Shown here: positions 48,303-56,762 of the stretch, piece by piece | Layout: every line of letters starts with the position of its first letter | How positions within the stretch are numbered: position 1 is the first letter of the stretch | Assembly: GCA_046538415.1 (NCBI GenBank) | Contig: JBKHIY010000013.1 | Location: 747-64,746, forward strand | DNA length: 64,000 nucleotides | Reading direction: 5' to 3' | Source: Candidatus Brocadiia bacterium | GTDB taxonomy: Bacteria > Planctomycetota > PUPC01 > DSUN01 | Translations under genes and position numbers: made by a program | Notes under the pieces: model-generated | The model's database searches: none | Seen by the model: the letters and a program-made list of their open reading frames with translations, nothing else | Told to the model about the DNA's origin: nothing

Positions 48303-49052
48303 ATGCAGCGCTCGACCATCGCCATCGCCGCAGCGCTCCTGGCCGCAGGCGGAGCGGCGTTTCTCGCCGGGCGCGCCGGCACTCGCCGCAAGCTGGTCCC
48401 GGCCGTGGCCATGGCCCGGCCGGCAACCGTCGGCGCCCAGGATGCCCGCTCGGAGCCGCCGGCCGCAGACATCCCAGCCTCCCGGGCCGTCCGTGAGGCC
48501 CCCGCTGGCAACGAGCAACGGCCGCAGCCCCTCGCTGCGCCGGAACCGGCGGAGCGCACCGTATGCCAGACCTTCGAAGACGACGAGCTGGAGGTGAAGG
48601 TCGAGAAGCCGAAGAGCACGGACTGGACGGTGTCGACCAAGAGGACCAACTTCCGCGACCCCGTGCGCCATCCGGCCAAGGTCCTGGAGATGCGAAGAAA
48701 CCCTCGATCCGGGGAGCCGAAGTTTGCTATCATAGAGTTGTTCGTCGCGGAGATTCCCTCGGGCTCGACGGCGTGGCAGGAGGTGGAGCGCTTCGAGAAG
48801 CTGGGCCGACGCGGCGTCCTGGCGTCCTTCGAGGTGGTGGAGGAGGGGACGGTGCGAATCGGTGGGCGGGCGTTCACCCGCCGCGTGTCGCTATGCAGGT
48901 GGCGGGGCCGCCGGGAGCAAGCGAAGTTCCTGAGCGTCCATACCGTGCTGGAGGGCAAGCTCTACCTGCTGATGGGCTATGCGTCGGCGGAGCACTTCGA
49001 CGAGCTGCTGCCGGAATTCGAGCAGGCGTTCGCGTCGCTGGAGATTGGCTGA
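48303..49052 (+). CDS. Cassette partner X3, a membrane-anchored hypothetical protein
   Basis: 249 aa from an ATG after the Shine-Dalgarno GAGGGGGA. The N-terminal TM helix is IAIAAALLAAGGAAFLAG. The C-terminal motif LYLLMGYASAEHFDELLPEFEQAFASLEI is shared with X1 and X2. Confidence 0.5.
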   Translation: MQRSTIAIAAALLAAGGAAFLAGRAGTRRKLVPAVAMARPATVGAQDARSEPPAADIPASRAVREAPAGNEQRPQPLAAPEPAERTVCQTFEDDELEVKVEKPKSTDWTVSTKRTNFRDPVRHPAKVLEMRRNPRSGEPKFAIIELFVAEIPSGSTAWQEVERFEKLGRRGVLASFEVVEEGTVRIGGRAFTRRVSLCRWRGRREQAKFLSVHTVLEGKLYLLMGYASAEHFDELLPEFEQAFASLEIG

Positions 49053-49095
49053 GTATCGGCGAGGGCCTTCCATAGGCGGGCATGTCACAGGCACC

Positions 49096-50016
49096 GTGAT
49101 CCGGCTCGACACCGCTTCCTGCCTTGTGAGGGCGGACGGCGAGACCGTGCGCTGCCCGCTGCGGGGCAGGTGGCGCCTCCACCGCGGCGAGCAGACGCGT
49201 CCCATCGCAGTCGGCGACCGGGTGGTGGTCGCGCCGGGGGACGAAGGGGAGGGGGTGGTCGAGCGCATTCTCCCTCGCGAGAAGGGCAAGCTCTCGCGCA
49301 AGGCCGCCGGGGGCCGCCGCGGGGAGCAGGTGGTGGCGGCGAACGTCGACCAGCTCGTCGCCGTGGTCGCCGCCGCGGAGCCGCCGCTGAACCGACGCCT
49401 CCTCGACCGGATCGTCGTCTCCGGGGAGCACGACGAGCTCGACGTGGTGGTGTGTGTGAACAAGATTGACCTCGTCGACCTCGCGGCCCTCCAGCCCCTT
49501 CTCGACCTATACCGCCGGCTCGGCTACGCGGCCCTGGCTACGAGCGCGGTGACCGGGGAGGGCTTGGACGCCCTGCGAGGAACCCTCCGGAACAAGACGA
49601 GCGTCCTGGCGGGACCGTCCGGCGCCGGGAAATCGGCGCTCCTCAACCGCCTCCAGCCGGGGCTCGAACTGCGGGTGGGCGAGGTGAGCCAGAGCACGCA
49701 GAAGGGCCGCCATACCACCACCGCGGTCCAGCTCCTGCCCCTGGACTTCGGCGGCTTTGTGGTGGACACCCCGGGGGTGCGGGAGTACGCGCTGTACGAC
49801 ATCCACCGCGACGTGCTCCAGCACCACTTTCCCGAGATCGGCTGCCGCTTCCACGACTGCCGCTTCGCCGACTGCATCCACACCCACGAGCCGGGCTGCG
49901 CCGTGATCGCCGCGGTGGAGAGCGGTGAGATCGACCCCGAGCGCTACGAGAGCTACTGCCGCATCCTGGAGACCCTCCCCGAGGCCGGGGTCTACCGCGA
50001 CGACAGCAAGAGATAG
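49096..50016 (+). CDS. rsgA: Ribosome small-subunit-dependent GTPase A
   Basis: An N-terminal OB fold (TVIRLDTASCLVRADGE) is followed by a circularly permuted GTPase (VCVNKIDL …GPSGAGKSAL… DTPG) and a C-terminal Zn finger CRFHDCRFADCIHTHEPGC. The start is uncertain. A GTG at 49096 is chosen to avoid a long overlap with X3. Confidence 0.8.
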   Translation: MIRLDTASCLVRADGETVRCPLRGRWRLHRGEQTRPIAVGDRVVVAPGDEGEGVVERILPREKGKLSRKAAGGRRGEQVVAANVDQLVAVVAAAEPPLNRRLLDRIVVSGEHDELDVVVCVNKIDLVDLAALQPLLDLYRRLGYAALATSAVTGEGLDALRGTLRNKTSVLAGPSGAGKSALLNRLQPGLELRVGEVSQSTQKGRHTTTAVQLLPLDFGGFVVDTPGVREYALYDIHRDVLQHHFPEIGCRFHDCRFADCIHTHEPGCAVIAAVESGEIDPERYESYCRILETLPEAGVYRDDSKR

Positions 50017-50024
50017 GTGCCCCG

Positions 50025-50735
50025 GTGTCCCTCTCCGCGAACCGCAGCGGCGCCGTGATCTTCGACCTCGACGGCGTGCTGGTGGACAGCGAGCCCCTGC
50101 ACGTCCAGGCCTGGAAGATCCTCTTCGCCCAGCACGGCATCGACGCCACGGAAGAAGAGTACGCCCACGGCATCGGGATGCGCGACGCCGAGTGGATCCA
50201 GTACCTCTTCGAGCGGCGCGGCCAGGAGACCGACCCCCGCTGGTGGCAGGAAGCCAAGCGGCAGGTCTTCGCCCGCATCCTGGAGCGCCACGTGAGGCCC
50301 TTCGAGGGTGTGCCCCAGCTCATCGAGACCCTCCACCCCGAGTTCCACCTGGCCGTCGCGTCCAACTCCTGGCGCGAGAACATCCAGACGGTGCTGCGGG
50401 CCATGGGCGTCGAGGCGCGCTTCCAGGCTCTCGTAGGCCAGGAGGAGGTCGAGCGGCACAAGCCGCACCCCGAGGCCTTCCTGCTCGCGGCCTCGCGCCT
50501 GGGCGTCCCCGGGCCGCGGTGCACGGTGATCGAGGATTCCCCCCTGGGCATCCGGGCCGCCAGGGCCGCGGGCATGCCCTGCATCGGGGTCGCGAAGACC
50601 CTGCCCGCCGCCCAACTCCACGAGGCCGACCTGGTCCTCGCCTCTCTCGCCGATCCGGAGCCCGTGGTCCGCTTCGCCCGCATGGTCGTGCGGCGAGCGG
50701 ACCAGCAGCGCGGCGGAAAGCGCGGAAGCGGGTAG
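50025..50735 (+). CDS. HAD-family hydrolase (beta-phosphoglucomutase-like subfamily IA)
   Basis: Motif I is VIFDLDGVLVDSE. Motif IV is GMPCIGV…. It is about 230 aa. Confidence 0.8.
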   Translation: MSLSANRSGAVIFDLDGVLVDSEPLHVQAWKILFAQHGIDATEEEYAHGIGMRDAEWIQYLFERRGQETDPRWWQEAKRQVFARILERHVRPFEGVPQLIETLHPEFHLAVASNSWRENIQTVLRAMGVEARFQALVGQEEVERHKPHPEAFLLAASRLGVPGPRCTVIEDSPLGIRAARAAGMPCIGVAKTLPAAQLHEADLVLASLADPEPVVRFARMVVRRADQQRGGKRGSG

Positions 50736-50750
50736 AGTGGGGGAGGGGGG

Positions 50751-51635
50751 TCAGCGTCGCTTGCGGCACACGAAGCCCATCAGCTCGCGGTCGTACTCCG
50801 CGTCGAACCCCGCGCTCGACAGGTGCTGGGCGATGCTGCGATGGAAGTCCTTCTGGCCCCGCCGCGAGAAGGGGACCCCCACGTAGTGGTACATCTTGCC
50901 GCTGGCGCCCAGCACGCGGCTGAGCTCGAAATAGAAATGCTTGTCGTAGAGGGGTGCCGCCCGCGAGAAATGCGGGGGGTCGTGGACCGCGGAGTCGAAC
51001 GAGCCGGAGGGCTGGCTGGCCAGGTAGTCGGTCACGTCCTCAGGGATCACGTCGATGCGGCTATCGAAGAAGTACTCCTCGGACCACGGGTTCAGGCGGG
51101 CCAGTTCCAGGACGTCGAGGTCGTACTCGACGGAAACCACGCGCTCGGCCCCCAGGCGAGCCGCCCAGATGGCCGTATAGCCCAGGCCCCCGCAGGTGTC
51201 CAGGAACCGGTCCCCCGTGGTCACCACGCTGCGCACGATGAGCTCCGCCTGTGTATAGGGGCAGCAGCCCTCCGTGCGGTGCATCTTCACCCCGCTCATC
51301 TCCAGCGTAGGGGCCGTGTCGGTGGCCAGCAGGCGGTAGTGGTAGGTGCCCTGCCGCTCCACGGGCACCAGCTCGCCCCCTCGAACCACGAACACCCGCT
51401 TCCCCCGACGGGACAGCGACCGCAGGTCGTCCACGGACAGCTCGGCCTCGTCGGGGAACACCACCTTGCGACCCTCGATGCGGACCACCGACCGCGAGCG
51501 GTTGAGGTCCAGCGACACCGTGGCTCGATCTTTCCGCGCTCGCCGAGCCTTCAGCACCTCGCCTGCGACCGAGGAGGTGAGGCAAACGCGCTGCGTGGGG
51601 GGAACGTGAAGATCGGGAAGATGTGGTTGGGACAT
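50751..51635 (-). CDS. Class I SAM-dependent methyltransferase with an (N/D)PPH motif, a putative N-methyltransferase of RNA or DNA
   Basis: 294 aa. The SAM-binding motif is LDTCGGLGYTAIWAARLGA…VVSVEYD. Motif IV is VHDPPHF, which is DPPY-like. Confidence 0.65.
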   Translation of the reverse strand: MSQPHLPDLHVPPTQRVCLTSSVAGEVLKARRARKDRATVSLDLNRSRSVVRIEGRKVVFPDEAELSVDDLRSLSRRGKRVFVVRGGELVPVERQGTYHYRLLATDTAPTLEMSGVKMHRTEGCCPYTQAELIVRSVVTTGDRFLDTCGGLGYTAIWAARLGAERVVSVEYDLDVLELARLNPWSEEYFFDSRIDVIPEDVTDYLASQPSGSFDSAVHDPPHFSRAAPLYDKHFYFELSRVLGASGKMYHYVGVPFSRRGQKDFHRSIAQHLSSAGFDAEYDRELMGFVCRKRR

Positions 51636-51869
51636 TCAGCGACTCGTACCTGGGATTCCGCTCCGCCCCGCTCGCCAGCGGGCGTCGCTCGAAGACAGGA
51701 AGCGCTCCGGCCCCCCCGCTTCCCGCAGGGGGCGCACCGCCACACCGTGGGCCGCCTCGCGCCCTGCTGCAGCGACCGCTCGCGCACTTTCCGACCGCGA
51801 TTATACCCGCGCAGGCAGGTAAAGTCAACAGCAAAACTGGCCATAGCCGTCCCGGCGGTCTGATTCCGG

Positions 51870-51898
51870 TTGCATCCTGTTGGCGCCGCTGCTAGAAT
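51870..51898 (+). promoter_or_regulatory. Putative sigma70 promoter for the dapA-family gene
   Basis: TTGCAT-N17-TAGAAT lies about 45 nt upstream of the preferred GTG start at 51944. That start is preceded by the Shine-Dalgarno GAGGAG. Confidence 0.4.
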
Positions 51899-51943
51899 AC
51901 CGGCGGTTCCCTCCCTGCGATCGCTGTGCGAGGAGACGGCTCC

Positions 51944-53005
51944 GTGGAGTTGAAACGGCTACAAGGCGCCTGGACCGCGCTGGTGACCCCCTTCGCTATC
52001 GACGGGGACATCGCGTGGGACGAGTTCGAACGGCTCGTCGAATTCCAGATCGACCAGGGCATCGACGGCTTGGTGCCCGTGGGTACCACCGGCGAGTCTC
52101 CGACCCTGGAGTGGCGGGACCACGACCAGGTGATCGAGACCACCATCCGGCTCAGCCGCGGCCGCTGCGGCGTGCTCGCCGGCACTGGCTCCAACTCTAC
52201 GGCCGAGGCCCTCCGCGGCTCCAAGCACGCGGCCGAGGCCGGAGCCCACGCGCTGCTGCTCGTGGACTGCTACTACAACGGCCCGTCCAGCCTCGAGCTG
52301 CGCCGTCACTACCACGGGGCCGTGGCCGAGGCCTGTCCCAAAACCCTCATCGTCCCCTACGTGATCCCAGGGCGTTCGGGCACCGCCCTGGCACCTGAAG
52401 ACCTCGCCCTGCTGGCCGATGCCTACCCCAACGTCCGCTCCGTCAAGGAGGCCACGGGAGACCTCGAGCGGATGGCCCACACCCGCGCCCTGGTCGGCGG
52501 GGACTTCGATATCCTCTCCGGCGACGACAACATGACGGCCACCATGATGCTCGACGAGGCGGTGAGGGCCGACGGCGTCGTCTCCGTGATGTCCAACGTA
52601 GTCCCCGCCTCGGTCGCCGCCATGGTCCGGGCACTGGCCGAGGGACGCAGCGACGAAGGCCTGGCCCGGGCCAAGGCGCTGGAGCCGCTGTTCGGCATCG
52701 TCACCGTGACGGTCGACGATCCCAGGAGCCTGCGGGGCCAGCCGCTCACCGTGCGCGACAAGTTCCGAAATCCGGCGCCGGTGAAGACCCTGATGCAGGG
52801 CCTGGGGATGATCGCCAACGGCTGCCGCCCGCCCCTGGGCAAGATGTCGCCAGCGGGGGTGGAGGTGGTGCGCGCCGCGGCCCGCGAGGTGTGGAGCACG
52901 AGCCCGGAGGTCCTCGAGCCCATCGCCGAAGCCTTCGATGTCGACATCGAGCAGCGCCTGGCCGACGACGCCCTCTGGGCCTCCCTCGCCGAGCCGTCCA
53001 CCTGA
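51944..53005 (+). CDS. DapA-family (4-hydroxy-tetrahydrodipicolinate synthase / N-acetylneuraminate lyase superfamily) protein
   Basis: ALVTPF, GLVPVGTTGESPTL and the Schiff-base Lys context VKEATGD are present. It has a C-terminal extension of about 60 aa relative to typical DapA. The track ORF starts at 51926 (GTG). Confidence 0.75.
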   Translation: MELKRLQGAWTALVTPFAIDGDIAWDEFERLVEFQIDQGIDGLVPVGTTGESPTLEWRDHDQVIETTIRLSRGRCGVLAGTGSNSTAEALRGSKHAAEAGAHALLLVDCYYNGPSSLELRRHYHGAVAEACPKTLIVPYVIPGRSGTALAPEDLALLADAYPNVRSVKEATGDLERMAHTRALVGGDFDILSGDDNMTATMMLDEAVRADGVVSVMSNVVPASVAAMVRALAEGRSDEGLARAKALEPLFGIVTVTVDDPRSLRGQPLTVRDKFRNPAPVKTLMQGLGMIANGCRPPLGKMSPAGVEVVRAAAREVWSTSPEVLEPIAEAFDVDIEQRLADDALWASLAEPST

Positions 53006-53057
53006 CCCCCGCGCTCGCGAAAACGGGCCGCGCTCTGGGAAAGGGGAAGACCCCAAC

Positions 53058-54170
53058 GTGACCACCAGCTATCCCGTCCGCTGGTCCCGGGTCGCTGTTG
53101 CCGCCCTGGCCGGCTTCGCTGCCGGCTGCGCCTACCAGCCGCGCCGCATGCTCCGTATCGCCGCCACCCGCAACGTGCTCGAGGGCCGGCCGGCCCGCGT
53201 CAGGGTCACGGTCAAGAACGTCCTCAGCCAGCCCATCGTCCCGGTCTCCCTGGGTCTCCACCTGCGTCGCGCCCCTGGCGAGTACTTCGCCCTCCCGCGG
53301 ACCCTGGCGGAGGCGGACTACCTGAGGCCCATCCGCGCCACCCAGGTGCGCCACTTGCCCTCGCTGAATCGAATCGAGGCATTGCATATCCGGGACGCCG
53401 GCGTGTGGCGGCGGGTGCCCAACTCGCGTTTCCTCCACCCCGCGCGCATCCTCCTGCCCGGCCAGAGCTACGTCGAGACCTTCGACTGCCAGGCCCGCCG
53501 CTACTACCGGGGGCGGCTCTACTGCGACCTCTACTACCTGCGCCTCGCCACGCCCCAGGTGGCCGGCAGCCTCTATCGCCGCGCCGGTCCGGAGACTGTC
53601 CCGCCCGACGCCGACCGCTACACCGAGGTATTCACCCCCGTGGAGCCCGAGCAGGTCTCTCCCGTCGCCTCGCCGCCCGACCGGTATCTCCTCGTCCGCC
53701 CCCGCGGGCCGTCCGCCCAGCCGGCCCGGCTGGTCCGCAAGCGCGTGCCCCTGGACGTCCGGCCCCGACCGTTCAGCTACCACGACGCCGCGGCCAAGGC
53801 CCGCTACGGGGCCCGCGACTACGCCTACTTCTCCGCCGCCGGCATGTGGGTCTTCGACTACGGCCCCGAGGGCACCTGGTTCGTCGGGCCGGTGGCCACC
53901 GTCAAGCTCCAGGGCTCCTACGTCGATCTCATCAAGGCTCTGGAGACTACCGACGCCGCCAGCCTCACGCTCACCGCGCCCCGACGTCCCGACGACAAGC
54001 TCGCAGCCCTGTTCCGCAAGGCCGGTTACACCGATCCCCAGGCCGCGGGCGACACGCTCCTCGCCACCATTCCCGTCGAGCACCTCCTGCCCACCCTGGA
54101 GCAAGCCGAGGCCCTCGGCTACGCCATCGACGGTACCACCTGGCGGCCCCTCGACGCCGCCGGCACCTAG
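53058..54170 (+). CDS. Hypothetical lipoprotein
   Basis: A GTG start after the Shine-Dalgarno AAGGGGAAG. The lipobox is LAGFAAGC. The body is Arg/Tyr/Pro-rich. No family was recognised. Confidence 0.45.
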   Translation: MTTSYPVRWSRVAVAALAGFAAGCAYQPRRMLRIAATRNVLEGRPARVRVTVKNVLSQPIVPVSLGLHLRRAPGEYFALPRTLAEADYLRPIRATQVRHLPSLNRIEALHIRDAGVWRRVPNSRFLHPARILLPGQSYVETFDCQARRYYRGRLYCDLYYLRLATPQVAGSLYRRAGPETVPPDADRYTEVFTPVEPEQVSPVASPPDRYLLVRPRGPSAQPARLVRKRVPLDVRPRPFSYHDAAAKARYGARDYAYFSAAGMWVFDYGPEGTWFVGPVATVKLQGSYVDLIKALETTDAASLTLTAPRRPDDKLAALFRKAGYTDPQAAGDTLLATIPVEHLLPTLEQAEALGYAIDGTTWRPLDAAGT

Positions 54171-54708
54171 TCCTCCCTCGCGGCCCGTCTTCCACGCCAG
54201 GGAAGAGCGCCGACCACCCTTTCGCCTCGCCGACGCCGCTTCCCGGCCCTCATCTCGCTCCCGCGCGCCTCGTCCTCAGGCGGCCTCACGCCCGCGGCGA
54301 ACTCCGCCAAAGCCGCTGTCATTCGTCCTGCCGACGCGCACGCCACGCTGCCGCCCGCCGCCTGTCCGCATCCTGCGCTCGCACCGCCCACGCCACCACG
54401 CGCAGCTGTCCCGAGAACGCCAATCGGGCGCCAGAGCTTCCACCCGACGCCATTTCCTCCGCCGCTCGTGCTTGCCCACTTGCTCACGCGCCGAGACCGA
54501 GCCACACGCCGCCCACGCGCCGTATCTCCTGGCACACAGCGGCTTCCGGGAGTCGGATCAGTGGATGCCTACGGTCTGATAATGTCTGTTATGTCGCGCT
54601 CCGGCTTGCGCGGCCCAGCTAGAGCCCCAAAGCCCTCCTGCGGTCCCGTCCGTGCGATTCCATCATTAGGTCAAGGGAATCGAGGGCCCGGACGGCAGCG
54701 GTTGCGAC

Positions 54709-55437
54709 TTAGCGCTTGGGGGGCACGTAGATGGGCGGCAGGCGGCGCTTGTGCTCGGAGGCGCGCATGGCCTCGCGGACTCGCGAAAGCGCGGGCGCGG
54801 GCATGGCCGTGGGATCTTTGGTGGCCATGGCGCGGAGTGCGAGGTCGAGTTGGCCGTAGGACATGCCCAGCTCGTCCTCGTCGGTCTGGCCCGGCCACAG
54901 GCCGGCGCTGGGCGGCTTGTCGATGATGCGCTGCGGGATGGCGAGCTGGCGGGCGAGCTCGCGCACCTCGTACTTGAGCAGGCCGCCGATGGGCATCAGG
55001 TCGACGGCGCTGTCGCCGTACTTCGTGAAGTAGCCCATGGCGATCTCGGTGCGATTGCTGGCGCCGCACACCAAGTAGCTGCGGGTGGCGGCGAAGTAGT
55101 ACAGCGAAGTCATGCGGAGGCGGGGCTTGATGTTGGCTCGCGCCAGGCGGTCGCCCTCGGGCAGGACTTCGAGCAGGGCCTGATAGGCGGGCGTGAGGTC
55201 GGCCTCGGCGGTCTCGATGTCCAGGGTGTTGGCCACGAGGCGAGCGTCCTCGGCGTCCTGAGGCTCGCTCTCGCAGGGGAGGATGACGCCGAGCACTTTG
55301 CGTCGGAAAGCGCGCTGGGCGAGGGCCGCGGTGACGGCGGAGTCGATGCCGCCACTGAGCCCTAGCACCAGACCCTCGGCCTCGGCGTCGTGGACGATGG
55401 TGCGGATCCAGGCAGCGATGTCGTCGGCCAGGCTCAT
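54709..55437 (-). CDS. nadE: NH3-dependent NAD+ synthetase
   Basis: 242 aa from MSLADDIAAW. The PP-loop is GLSGGIDSAV. The 3' end overlaps the upstream oxidoreductase gene by 4 nt. Confidence 0.9.
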   Translation of the reverse strand: MSLADDIAAWIRTIVHDAEAEGLVLGLSGGIDSAVTAALAQRAFRRKVLGVILPCESEPQDAEDARLVANTLDIETAEADLTPAYQALLEVLPEGDRLARANIKPRLRMTSLYYFAATRSYLVCGASNRTEIAMGYFTKYGDSAVDLMPIGGLLKYEVRELARQLAIPQRIIDKPPSAGLWPGQTDEDELGMSYGQLDLALRAMATKDPTAMPAPALSRVREAMRASEHKRRLPPIYVPPKR

Positions 55438-56597
55438 GTCGCGCTCCGGGGAGGTTCGAGGTCGACCCACCGCCCGGTGCGCGAGGACTGGTAGGCCGCG
55501 GCCATCACGCGCTGGACGGCGATGGCGTCGTGGATGCTCGGGCGCGCCGGGCGGTCCTCGACGATGCAGGTCAGGAAGTTGTGGAGACAGGCGATGTGGG
55601 CCCGCACCCAGCCCACGGGGCACTTGGGGCTGGGGAGCGCGGCGGGTCGGGGATAGCGCTGGACGGTCTGGATGGCCTTGAAGCCGCGGTCGCCGCCATG
55701 GGGACCGGGCGCGTCGCGGTGGTCGTAGGCGTAGAGCCAGTTGGGAGCCATGAGGTCGAACCTCAGAGCGCCCTGGTTCCCGTGGATGTCGAACTTCAGT
55801 TCGTCCTGGACGCCCGTGGCCAGGCGAGAGGCCTCGATGGTGCCCAGCGCTCCGTCGGCCAGCTCCACCATCAGGAGGGCCAGATCGTCGACCTCGACGG
55901 GGGCTGTGCCGCCGTCGGCAGTGGGCCGCTCGGGGATGAATGTGGCGCACCGCGCTGAGACGCGCGCCATCTCGCCGGCCAGGTGGCGCATGAGGTCGAT
56001 GATGTGGGAGCCGAGGTCCAGGAGGGCCCCGCCCCCTGCGGCCTGGCGGTCGAGGCGCCAGGACATGGGCCGCGAGGGCTCGATGTAGCCCGAGTGGAGG
56101 TAGCCGGCGCGGTAGCTGAACAGGCGCCCGCAGAAGCCCTCGTCCACGAGCTCCTTGGCCCGGAGGGTGGCGGGCAGGAAGCGGCACTGGAAGGTCATCT
56201 GGTGCCTCACGCCGGCGGCGCGTTCGGCGGCCGCGGCCACCTCCTCGGCCTCCGCCAGGTTTCGGGCCAGGGGCTTGTCGCAGTAGAGGTGCTTGCCCGC
56301 CTCGAGGGCCGCCACGCAGGCATCGCGGTGGGCCGCGTTGGGGGTGCACACGTGCACGACGTCCACGTCGGGGTCGTCGACGACCTCTCGGTAGTCCGTG
56401 GCGGCGTGCTTGTAGCCGCCGCGCTCTGCAGCCCGCCGCGCGGTGTCCTCGTGGGCCGTGCACACGGCCACGAAACGGGGCTGCACGGGCGGTGGATCGT
56501 AGAGGAACGGGAGGCTGCGGTAGGCGTAGGTGTGGATCGCCCCCATCGAGCCGTAGCCGATCATCCCGACTCCGAGCTCCGGGATGCTTTCACCCAT
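55434..56597 (-). CDS. Gfo/Idh/MocA-family oxidoreductase
   Basis: The N-terminal Rossmann segment is VGMIGYGSMGAIH. The dimerisation/C-terminal domain is typical of the family. Confidence 0.9.
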   Translation of the reverse strand: MGESIPELGVGMIGYGSMGAIHTYAYRSLPFLYDPPPVQPRFVAVCTAHEDTARRAAERGGYKHAATDYREVVDDPDVDVVHVCTPNAAHRDACVAALEAGKHLYCDKPLARNLAEAEEVAAAAERAAGVRHQMTFQCRFLPATLRAKELVDEGFCGRLFSYRAGYLHSGYIEPSRPMSWRLDRQAAGGGALLDLGSHIIDLMRHLAGEMARVSARCATFIPERPTADGGTAPVEVDDLALLMVELADGALGTIEASRLATGVQDELKFDIHGNQGALRFDLMAPNWLYAYDHRDAPGPHGGDRGFKAIQTVQRYPRPAALPSPKCPVGWVRAHIACLHNFLTCIVEDRPARPSIHDAIAVQRVMAAAYQSSRTGRWVDLEPPRSAT

Positions 56598-56685
56598 GGG
56601 CGCTCTCCTGCCGTTCGATGGCGCGGGACGGCGATATTATAGCCGACCTGGGAATCGTCTTCAACGCCTTGGCCGGTGCGGAATC

Positions 56686-56713
56686 TTGACATTGGGCGCC
56701 CCTACGCTATACT
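56686..56713 (+). promoter_or_regulatory. Sigma70-consensus promoter for the FHA-GAF histidine kinase operon
   Basis: TTGACA-ttgggcgcccctacgc(16)-TATACT lies about 45 nt upstream of the ATG at 56763. Confidence 0.5.
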
Positions 56714-56762
56714 TGACCTCGATGCCGGACAGTGCCGGCCCGGACGCTCGCGAGGGGCCGCC

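Noticed and set aside
54190-54560. CRISPR array or mini-satellite in the C-rich block
   Set aside because: There are no regularly spaced direct repeats of constant length, only irregular CGCCACGC-like motifs. No cas genes are present.
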